Source: Raillietiella orientalis (lineage: Eukaryota). Taken from it: a stretch of 64,000 bases of DNA. Position numbers and translations under genes: made by a program. The stretch lies in NCBI GenBank assembly GCA_036172245.1, contig JAYWIR010000020.1, positions 2,542,001 through 2,606,000 of the forward strand, written 5' to 3'. Shown here piece by piece: positions 53,501-64,000 of the stretch. The notes under the pieces are model-generated. The model ran no database searches. It saw only the letters and a program-made list of their open reading frames with translations, and was not told where the DNA came from. Position 1 is the stretch's first letter. Each line of letters opens with the position of its first letter.

Positions 53501-54079
53501 AAAAGAAATGCATTGAAAACTATTCATAAATTTCTTGTGAACACTTGTCCCTACGAGTACTGTTTTACCTTTTCTTAAAAAGGTAAAGAGTCTTTTTGTA
53601 ACATTCAAATTTTGTAAGATAGGAAAAAAAGAACTACAAGCACCGCGATTATAAAACTTTGAAACGTGACAATACTTTTCAGAGATCTTAGTATAAACAT
53701 AAGCCGTTTTTCCAGATTCTCCAAATAATAAATCTAGTGAGATCATAAGGAATATCATGGTTGGAAAGTCCAAAAAGAATTTGACTCTTGTAATGATATT
53801 TGTTATAATATCATTAATTAAAAGGCAGGATGTGGTAACGAATATCATTACAAGAATGAAATTCTGTGTAGACTTTCCAGACATTGTAAAATAGTTGAAG
53901 AACCTAGGATCCTTACAACTCTCAAATAAATTGAGTCATTTAAAGAGAGTCATTTAAATTTATTGATCTTCATTGTCAGGTTTTTAGCATCCTCACACAG
54001 AAACATTCTAGTTTTCATACAGCAGTGCTTAAACTGACCATATGCCTTTTTCCATTACTGCGCGCTAGGAAATCATTCA

Positions 54080-54690
54080 GTTTAGGAAACACCTATCTAG
54101 GCAGCAATCTCTAGTATTGCGATTTTCTATTACAACAATCTTCAGCCACCATCTTCCCAGTTTCTTAATCCGAATGCTGTGGATATCTGAGTAATATTCC
54201 CAATGCGATTGGTAGCCGTGTGTGCTCCCAGTCCCTGTATTCCTATTTTGAGGATCCTTGTGCACATTGTAATAAAGAAAAAATGTATTTTCTCTTCTCT
54301 TTAATGCTTGCTGTGAATCCCATTTCGAGATTTGCAGTTGGTCAAGGAAGCAATCTCGGTCTGCAAGGCTCACTTTCTGCATGGGCTGCATTATCTTTTG
54401 GTTGTCCAAGAAGGTGTGCTGCTGTTTCCTGACCTTCGTTCAATTTAGGTTGGGATAAAACTCTGAATCGTTTCTGTCCCAGTATGCCAACGCCCTACCT
54501 AGATTAGAATTGCCCAAGTTACCGTTTCGATCCAAGGAAAAGTCACTGATGGTTATACAGACGTAATAGGGAAAGGAATGTTTCGACATCGGCACGAAAT
54601 ATGTTACAAGTGTTCTGGGAAGGAAATCCCATTTCAGGAATAGGGCGCCAGTAATGCCCACGTCATGGCATGAAAATTCAGTTTGTAGCA
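54080..54690 (-). mobile_element. Decayed PIF/Harbinger transposase fragment
   Basis: FSCHDVGITGAL (cf. FPxCxGAIDG), GNSNLGRAL (cf. FxNSxLGRAL), KIMQP...RRENTF (cf. LMRPY...RRxVENxFG), RNTRD..DRCF. Confidence 0.5.
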
Positions 54691-55399
54691 TGCAAGGAAT
54701 TCAAGTCCAATGATGTGATTAATTTTACAAGGAGTAAAGGTTAGGATTTTAGGTACTAATGTACGACGTACAAATATGTCTGCAACTGGACCTGCAATTA
54801 AACATTAGGAATGCCAGATGATTTAGACATTTTTCAGTCATTTCAGCAAGGAAGTGATTAAAATGCAGAGGTACTTGTAGTTCTATTAATAATAGAGTTT
54901 TGAATTTAATTTTTCTTGAATGTTGTATTAGTTTTTTGTTATTGAATATAAGGAAGTGTTTCCGGTGTGCTTTAAGATATGTATGCCCTTATAAAGTCCA
55001 TTTTCAGCCAACGCCTAAATCTTTTATTATTAGCATATCTTATGGACTTGAATTTTGACTTTAACCCAAGTTTTTTCTTTCACTGCGCATAAAGTGATGT
55101 GCATTTTTGAATTTTTTAAATAGGTGCTGTTAGATAAAGAGTATTTTACATTTCTGTGAGAATAAATGTTCTGTGTTTACGCCTTAAATTATTTTGCAGT
55201 TCTTGTTATTGTTTTTATGTCATTATGACATCTATTCACCCCATCTCCATGTAGAACAATATGTGGACCAAATCATAGTGCAACCGAAGATAATAGTATA
55301 TTTGTGTTAATCTTACAAGAATACCTTGGAAATGGTAAACGTAATAAATTGCTTAATTTCATTTTCACTAAATATTGAGTGTTCTGCAATTTATCTGCA

Positions 55400-55970
55400 A
55401 TGGAGTTTGCTGAATGTGTTGCCCATATTTACTGTATTCTCATTTTCTTGGTATTTTTGTGGCAGTAGCATGGATTTTAGTGTTGTTGTAATTGCTCCAA
55501 AGCAAAGAATAGATTCTAAGTGAACAATAGAGCTTACATGAAAATGACTGTTTTTATTTGAAATTGACTTGATTACGTACAATAAGTATTAAAACCATCC
55601 TAATTTTACCTTTTTATTCTGCATTTGTTGATTGAACTTCACTTCCTAACATTTATCAGAAGATTCAGATCTTTGCAATATGTGTTTAAAGCAAATTGAA
55701 ACCTAATGGTTACTATTTACAACTTAGTTATTGCAATGATTGTGACCACATCATCAGTTTAGGTATCTTGAAAGTTATTTCCACATCCATTCTTTTAAAT
55801 GGTGTTTATGATTCCATTCTGTATGCATTTGTATTTCTGATTAGAGCTACAAAATGTTAAAAATGGTTATTGGTATACTTGTGCCTATTTCAAATTGTAT
55901 TTATCAAAAACACATTTTCTCATTTTTTAAACTATATTCAGTGCCAGAAAGAAATGGAATTTGATTTCAT
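55400..55970 (+). mobile_element. Decayed PIF/Harbinger transposase fragment
   Basis: WYFCGSSMDFSVVVIAPKQ (cf. WNFPxCxGAIDGKHVVIxAP), FMIPF (cf. LMxPY), FKLYLSKTH...TIF (cf. FNYRLSRAR...NxF). Confidence 0.45.
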
Positions 55971-58189
55971 TCATTTTGGGGCAGGTAACTGACATTCTTT
56001 ATATAACTCTAGTTTCAGTTTTGGAAGAAATTGATAATCCATGGATAACTAAACTTCTTTAGTGCAATAATTCATCTGATACGTGGGATCAGACACTTAA
56101 GTATACAGCTGTATTTGGTTCCTTGTTTAAAAGTGTAGGTTTGTCAGTTCACAAGAATCTTGGAACTTAAATACTAATATGGAAAAAAATGATAACACAT
56201 AATTCAGCTTTATATGATATTTGCATCTGAAGAAGTCGGAAATTTCTTCATGTTTTTAGCATAAGAATGAAATTGGCCAGCACAACAAGGCCTGTGCATT
56301 TGGAATTTTTTGCTTCTAGTTGCAGCAAACAAATTCATCTAGAAAACTGAAATTAAAGAACAGAATTGAACATGTCATCAGTGTCAGAGTTCAAAAAATG
56401 CATAAAATTTTAAAACTGATAATATGAGTGTTTCTGTGTTCAAGCTTACTGGTTTTGCCATTCAGATTTGCCTGTTCTTATGCTTTTGTGTTTTGCAAGT
56501 GAATATACTATATTGACTTTTTTGTCAGCATTTCTAGGTGTTATCTGTAGCAATGCAGAGAGATAAAGATAAGAAAGATAAAGGAGCCATATTTGGTTTT
56601 CAGTGTTTCATGAAATTTTCAAGATGGTAACTATGTGTGATCATTTAAACAGGTGTTCTCTTTTAATCATATCTTCAGGTTTGCCAAGAATTGAGATAGT
56701 AGTTTTGTTGGATTAGGATGCTCTGGTGCTTTTGTAATTTTCAAGACTGTGGAATCCCATTGTGATCTAACAGTCTAACAGTCTTTTTTTAAGTGGAGTA
56801 ATAATGAAGACTTAAAGTGCCTTTTTGTAAATGCTTTTTGATTAGCTAACAATTATCTCCTAGTGTTAACTCATGTCATCATGTATTTCAATAACTTTGC
56901 AGGAGTAAAGTAATGCCTAGACCAAACAAGAGTGAACTGGTAATTAATTTCTAACTGTTGAAATCGTGTACAGAAACTAGCTGGAGTAGGAGGTTTAGCA
57001 AATTCCAAGAAATTCTTATGGCATAAGCTTGTAATACTGGAATTTGGTTGATGTTACCATTTCAATGTTGTAATTACAAGATTGTGTACCACATCTTAGT
57101 GTTTTCTGCATTCAGATGTTTTTATCTTATAGGTAACTCCATAATTAACTTTTGACACTAGTTTTGCTACCAAATAATCTATATTGATTCCATTCTATCA
57201 TTGCTTTGTGTTTCTTTATGATGCGTTTACTCTCTGAAATTCTTTGCAAGTAACTGTAGTACGTTTACAAAATGCATGGCAATTTTTCATGTCTGTATGC
57301 CAAATGCTCATATCTATGCAATCAGGAAGAAAAATTATGAATGTTGGATGTCTTCTGTAGTCTTCAGTTGGGTGAAATTCAAGTCTGAAACTTTGGAAGT
57401 GCTTTGGTGATTATTAGCATTATCTACATTATTCATTACCTGAAGTTTATAATACCATGGGACATGATGGAAAAGTGTACACCTCAAACATTTTTCCTTT
57501 GTCCTAGGAGGGATGTCCAAATCATTTCAAACTGTTTACATCACTTGTTGAAAGTTTTTCTCAGGTATCTTCTGAAATAATTGCAAGGTTTCAAGAGGCC
57601 TAAGATTTATTCTGCAGATCTCATGCTGTTGTAAATCTTGCCTCATTTCTAACGGTTTTTGTCACCTTAGGCAAATTGCAATGCACACTTGACTGTCTGA
57701 TTCTTGCTTATCATGTAATTGATGAGTTTGGGTGAATAGTTCTGGAAACGATTGGCTTCATCATTTTAGAGTACTTTATGAATTTTTAATTGTTTCTAAG
57801 TAATTTATTTTGTAATTCATGCATTGAAAGACATTTCTGCTCAACATTTAGTTACTTATATATGTGATAGAGACTTAACTTGCTTTTCATCAACCCCAAG
57901 TACGACATTGGTACCTTTTTCATTTAGTTTCCACTGGCACCTGTTTTGCTAAATTCTGATACTATAATTTCTTTCGTTTCAGTGTGTAGCATTATTTTTC
58001 TATCCTCAATGCTAGAACTCCCCTATTTATGTACATGGCAAATGTATGACAAACAATGTAATCATTTCACATTACTAAACAGTCCGTTTCATCTCTTCCA
58101 CTCAAAGGCATGTTTAACCTGGCCTTCCATTCCCACTGGTTGGCATCAGAGTGTGAATGCATTTCTTAACCAGGTCCTTAGAAGAAGAC

Positions 58190-58570
58190 TTTGCATGTCA
58201 ATAAAGTGGATCCAAAAACTACGAAAGTGCTTTCAGAAGAGTCGCATGCAGATGCATCAGGGATGGGTCCCATAGCAATGCTGCGGCGCTGTTTGCCGCT
58301 AAAAAGCAATAAAAGTTTCTGTAACAAACTGAAACCTTCAATGCATCCAATGCGTTGGATCCGGACACCTCGTGCACTTAGAGATCGTTAGAGAGTCTCC
58401 GATGAGCACTCTACGAAATGATTTCGCAATTTCAAGATATCGCGGTCACTCAATTGCAATGCCCTAAAGTATCAATCTTTGTCAGGGAGAGTGTCAGCCT
58501 CCTCTCGGTGCCCTAAAGTGTTGCGGATGAGAAGCCTTGGGTTCGATCTTCGGGAAGGCGGCAACGATGT
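58190..58570 (+). mobile_element. Decayed Ty3/Gypsy RNase H fragment
   Basis: DPKTTKV...HADASGMGPIAML (cf. DPxxPTxxxxDASxxGxGAVL), FCNKLKPS, SSR...RMRSLGFDL. Confidence 0.5.
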
Positions 58571-59449
58571 GTGGTCAATATTCATGATTTTTTTATTCCA
58601 ACCTAGCAGGAACGTCTGTGGGTGTTTTGGCGCCCTAACGCACTCTGGCGACCCCTATGCGCTCTATTTGTAACGGTGAATTGGTAAGTAGGACTCGGAG
58701 GAAACGAGTATGTTATGTACATGCTTTAACTGTTACTCTGCACAACATACACAAAACGTGTACGCATTAAAAATCCAGCATCCCTACTTTTGTCTTCCCA
58801 AAGTCATCAACGCATTCGGATGCATGGATTTCACTGAACCGCCCGATCGTTCTTGTGTCGCCGACGAACGTAGACTTTCTTGAAAAGCTTCAGTTGAGGA
58901 AAAGCGCTATCCCCAGAAGTGGCAGAATCTGGAAGAGGAAGTCGCATTTTCGGCGCTGTGGGAAGACGTGGGTACATTGTGGATTAACTTGTTTTTGCAC
59001 GTACAGCTCAGAGATTCCGCTGGTGAGGGTTACTACCGCTCTACCACTTTGTGGGTGTTTTTTGAAAAGCATAGGAAGGGGGGAGGAGAAGTTCCAAAGA
59101 ATTGTGGAAAGATTCCCAGTTCTTATATCATGTTGTGTATTTCGGAAGTCTTTTCAGTTTTGGCGTTCCCGGTGTCAGTCTAGGTTGTCTTGGTGTAGCA
59201 CCGGACTGCCATCTAATATTTAGCTGATTTCCACCATCGTCCGATATCAGTTAAACCGTGAGTCACCTGATAACAGATGCTCCTTGAGACGTTTGAAGTA
59301 GCTTTCAAATGAGACAAACCTTCATCCTTACCATGTGCATTGTATTCTGTGACATAGTCAGCTTCTCCTTGGGTCCGCACCCTCGAGAACCTTTCATAAT
59401 AAAATTCGTGAACACCACATTGCTCTACAGTTTGTACTGATCTCCTTGC

Positions 59450-60363
59450 AAAAGAGTGAGACGAGTGACCTCATGCTGCACGTAGAGAATATACAATGAT
59501 GATTAATGGGGGCTTTCCATAGCTTTAGCATCAATGACAGGAAGTTGGGAGAGATCCGACGACGACACTGTAGGAAAACACATTATGGATATACCATCTA
59601 AAAACAAGGTTCCATCGAGGGTTCTCTAAATAGGGACAAAATAGTCTCCATTTTGTGTTGGGAAATAAATCTTCTACTGATAGACATCTTTCACGGATGT
59701 TATGCTGATTCAGAATCTGTCTATATCCATTACTATAGGACGGATTAATTGGTTACGGTACTGGATAGTACATTTTTCGTTAGAGCGAAACAGGTCCTCC
59801 GCTCATGTCTTTATAGGGGTTCACTAACTGTTGTACTAGCCACTGTTGGCAAAACAAGTGCTCACAAAATACGACGCACCTGAACTTTGTTAATAGGTAT
59901 GGGTAAATTTTCTAGCCAATCATTGGTTAGAGGAATGGAGATTCGACTACCAGAATGACAGTGACCTTTTTTCTCTTGTAGGAGCTGAATTTGGAGGAAG
60001 CGATGCGTAGCAGTAGGCTTGTGAAAGGATGATAAAAGGAAATTTAAGTAAAGATAAAACAAGACATTGTGCAAAGGAGGGCTCTATCCACAAGTCTGCA
60101 AGTACGGTTATGAGAACTCGAAAGTGTGCGACTTCGATACTTGTTGCTCCTGTGTATCTGACCGAACATTTGAAACGAAGCATTAAGGTGGATGACGACA
60201 GCAGGAAACTGTGTGTGACTTTTACTTTTCTACGAAAGAGTACAATTTCAGCTGTTCCGAAATTCCGTAAGATGCTGTAGCTGTTGATTCTTCGGCAGTT
60301 AATTGCGTATTTTCGCAACTTTATTGTAATTCCGCAAAAGACAGACACCGTATGGTAGAACAC
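59450..60363 (-). mobile_element. Decayed Ty3/Gypsy reverse transcriptase fragment
   Basis: RFK...SIEVAHFRVLITVLADL, NVLFYL (degenerate YLDD region), GH...LENLPIPINKVQVRRIL...TVSEPL (cf. AIxxxPxPxNxxEVRRFLG...IAEPL). Confidence 0.6.
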
Positions 60364-61619
60364 ACTCTTGCTGCATGGACACGTGCAGCAAGAGCAGCAA
60401 TCCAGTGATGCACATCTCTGAGACTGGGTAAACTACGTGACCACCGCAGAATAAAATAGCAGGAAGTGAGATCTACACACTGAGACCTCCGGTGAAGAGG
60501 ACACATGTTTGAACCATGTATGGTTTGCCATTGGCCCGTAATCGACTCTTCTTTCGTGTTTTGCTGTTGTCTGCTTCGAAACGAGCCGTGGCCGAATCAT
60601 TCCCCGTCGTCCTGATCAGTCGACCCCACTCAACATGCTCCTTATGTTCGGAGACCGTTTTTCTATGGAACCCCATATGCCTAATTGAATGAAAGTCTTT
60701 CTCCCATTGCAGGCGATGGTACAGATTTCTTCATCGTCGAGAATTCATGACGCCAAATCTCTTCACATTGCACAGATGTACGTACTTATGCATTTTGTGC
60801 ACAATTCGATTCTGTCGCAAGATCCACAGATCTTGTGTTTTCCCTTATGTACTGTGTGCAAAAATTCGAGGATGCATTGCAACTTTACGTGTACAAGTTT
60901 CAGATTTTTCAAAATCTGTGCAGGAGAAGGAGACTGGTGTTGCCACACCAATCTCCGTCTGCAATAAGCCTTTCAGGGCCTTTTTCCCTATTGCTCGTTT
61001 TCCATTTCTGATCCTTCACCCAGGTGACTGTAATGAATAACTTTAGGTATATTCTCACTAGATGATTATAGTTCTTCTAACATTCCTCCTCGTATATCTT
61101 GGCTCGTCACTGTTAGATTAGAGATACTTTTGACATGTTTTCAGCCACTGTGCAAAGTGCTACACTGAAAGATGTTCGATTGAAACACTGTCTCTCTGGA
61201 TGCAGGGCAATGCTGATGGGCTTTGATTCTTGAGTCTCTGGAGACCTGGTAAGCCTGAATGGTAAAAGAGAAATACATTCGCCAACAATTCTGGAGGTAG
61301 TTTGGTCTTTCTCAGTGTAGTTCCAGTGGCTCCCGTAAATACATCTAGTGTGTGAAATTGTCCTTTCAATTTGTCAAGGCTTCATCGCTGACGCTTTGAC
61401 AATCAGATAATCTCTAAATGTCCTTTCTTTCCACTTTCTTCCATGATTATCTTTTTCTGAGGGTGAATTGAGTTTTTATTTTGAGAATGGAGCAGTACAA
61501 GATGATCTGGTGTGTGGATCCTGCTAACGCCAATTTTCGATTCTTCTATATTCATAAGTCTCCCCGTTATTAGCGATTCTGCTATTTTCCATGGAACTAT
61601 TCCTAATTGACATATTATC

Positions 61620-62290
61620 GCTGTGAGTTCTTCGTTTCATAGTTCCTTGCTTCTTCAGATCATTAGGTCTTCCCGAAATGTCTTCATTTTCTCTTTGTAA
61701 CTAGTTTTTCAGAATGTTCTTTCTGTGAGCAGACTATTTTTCGAAGCTGAGTTTTCATTGGGCAAACAGATGAAACTTTGATAGGGCAAGGTCCGACGTA
61801 TATGGGAACTTTCTCTGGAACCTCACTGCAAACAGGAAAGAACTTCCTCTGTTCCAAAATCTATATGATAGTCTGCTCTGCGAAACCAAGTGCGCACCTT
61901 TTACATTATTTTCTTCTGGCGCTTTTTAGAGCAAACGTCTTCTTCGCTGTTTGCTGAAAGAACTTTTTGGCACTCTTCTATTTCAGCTGCTACACAACCG
62001 TTTTCGAACATGCCTGTCAGCCATGTTCTGTGAGCTTGTGGTAATGACATCATCTACCCAGCTTCTATGCATTTCAGTTTGGATTACTAATAAGATTTTG
62101 TCCTGAGCAGTGTGGTGATGGGACTTCGTTGGTGTATGCAATTTTGGTTTTCCTATGTAGGTGGATTGCTTTATTTCCGTTCATCAGCTCTTGCTGTATT
62201 CCAAATCCAGTGTTCCACAGCTTAATGCATGTTTGCACAGTTCTTAAGCCGTTGAAGGCTTGACATTCACGAGATGATTTTGCCATTCAT
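61620..62290 (-). mobile_element. Decayed Tc1/mariner transposase fragment
   Basis: PYTSDLALSKFHLF then PMKTQLR (cf. PYSPDLAPSDFHLFGPMKxxLR), with upstream ADE and NSE. Confidence 0.65.
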
Positions 62291-64000
62291 TTAAAAGAGG
62301 CTAGAACATTAGACAAAGAATCTGCTAATTTCATGCAATTTCGCGTAATTTTCACGACCCACCAGAAATGCATACGCAAACTCCCTGAACACCAAGAACT
62401 TTAAAATTGGGTTTCCCCTCTCCTTCATAAATACGAACACATGATTTTCCAAAATGAATACAAATCAAATAAATGGAACACTTCTACTACACCAGAAGCA
62501 GGCAGCCAAAAAAAAAAAAAATCCAAATTAGCATTCAAAAACTAGATTATAAAAGCACGAATTGCACTCTTTACCAACAAACTGCCACAACTGTCAAGTG
62601 GTAATTCCTAACCCTGGTAAGTACACTTTTTTCTCCTCTAGTAGTTGTCCCCTTAGATGCTAAAGAAAGATATTTTGTGTAATAGTGTGATTCCTTCATT
62701 CCTTCTTAGCGGACTTTTAAGGAGATAGTTTTAACTTGCAAATTTGTCTGCGAATAAATGGGCGTTGACTGATTTGTCAGACTATTTTTAGTGCTTGTGA
62801 GCTGCAAACTTTGGGAAGCTGTATCTAGGTTCTGACCAAAATCTGTTTGCTTGCTATCCCATTGCATTTAAAAAGTGAAAGTGAAAGTCTTTTCGGAGAT
62901 TTCCTCAATCATCTATTTAGACGATTTCCCTTCCATGGTAATCCTGATTTCTGAAGTAATTGTCTTTCTAGATATGTAATTGCGTAACGACAGGGTACCA
63001 GGTGAATCGTTTCTATCAAGGATCTTGGTACTTTGATAGTGGAGCTATTTTTCATACAATGTGTTGGTAACAGCGATTTCAGACAGTGATTTCATCTTTC
63101 ATAATGGGGTCTCTCATTCCTGCGTTGACCAGCACTTCGTATATGGACACCGGTACACTTCCTGCTATTGCCCTGATGGTTTTGCTACGTTGCATTTGCA
63201 TTTAAATTCTAGCAGTGTTCATATACGCCCATGCAGATATGCGGTCCTGTACAAGCAGTTCCTGTTTTGCACGTGAGCAGACCTTTGCATGAAATGTGTA
63301 CGGAGTAGTCAACTATTGGACTGTTCAGGACGCATTTCAGATGGCCCTGTTCGTTCGGAGAGTATCACTTCTTTCCATTGGAAAGAGTGGAGTGTTTCCA
63401 TGGGAACGTTTGCGTTGGAAATCGCAGTCGCAAGGATAGTTCCACCTGACCTCAGCTGAGTATTCTATTCACAGACTGCTAACTGTAGTTTCGAATACTC
63501 GCCTTGGAGTAATTCACCTTTTGAAGGTTTGCCTTACATTGGGGGTGAGCACCCTAGCAGCACACCAGCTGCGTCTCACTGGTGTTCCCCATTAAGTAGA
63601 GAGTTTCATCTCACTGTCAGCTGTGCATCAAAACCGTCGCTTGCAGCTCCGTCTCTTCGTGGTCGGAATTCTCGGCAAAAGGCCGGAGTCGGAACTGCTC
63701 TCGAATCTGCTCGGATTCTCTGCTTCCTTTTAATGAGTTCCTTTTAATTGAGATCTTAGATGAAATAACGTTAATTTTGCGTAGATTATGCAAAACGATT
63801 CCCTAGCTCTAGAAAGTTGGACTGTATACCCATTTTGTAATTTCAAAAACAATTTAAACCTCTGTTTTATGGGTTTTTTGTTTTTAGAATTTCGGCATAA
63901 TTCCTCGAGACGCGGTCGATTTACCGCCTTATTTCACACGGAGACCTGTTAGATGTGCAATGTGCAGCATGCGAGTCAAGATGGATGCCATTTGCTCAAA

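Noticed and set aside
53870..53915. KDPRFFNYFTMS resembling a Harbinger N-terminus
   Set aside because: It lies downstream of the C-terminal part of the adjacent relic and is not followed by further motifs.
58500..58560. tRNA gene suggested by GGTTCGATC
   Set aside because: No acceptor stem or cloverleaf, and it overlaps the Gypsy RNase H relic.
62900..63300. LINE RT C-terminal relic on the minus strand (SAWAY...QRSKTIRAIAG)
   Set aside because: Single weak motif; no YADD core or polyA tail/TSD identified.
1..64000. CRISPR array, prokaryotic operon or defence system, rRNA
   Set aside because: No regularly spaced repeat-spacer array, no dense long ORFs and no rRNA signatures. The sequence is intron-containing eukaryotic DNA.

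Overview
Eukaryotic genomic DNA, most likely arthropod (pancrustacean), inferred from a Tweedle/DUF243 gene and GT-AG splicing. Only one gene looks intact: a two-exon, 129-aa secreted Tweedle/DUF243 cuticle protein (exons 4680-4694 and 5652-6026, + strand) with a TATA box and a polyA signal. The rest is decayed sequence. It holds DNA transposon relics (Tc1/mariner, piggyBac, PIF/Harbinger), Ty3/Gypsy gag/RT/RNase H relics, microsatellites, two long inverted duplications and one direct duplication. The most unusual signal is a dense set of broken immune/cell-death gene relics: roughly a dozen NACHT/NLR-like fragments on both strands, two tandem caspase-like relics, and weaker LRR and kinase relics. 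These were read by eye across stops and frameshifts, so their boundaries are approximate and most individual calls are tentative until frameshift-aware HMM searches are run. I found no CRISPR array, rRNA, intact tRNA or prokaryotic operon, and I cannot support an intact novel system here.
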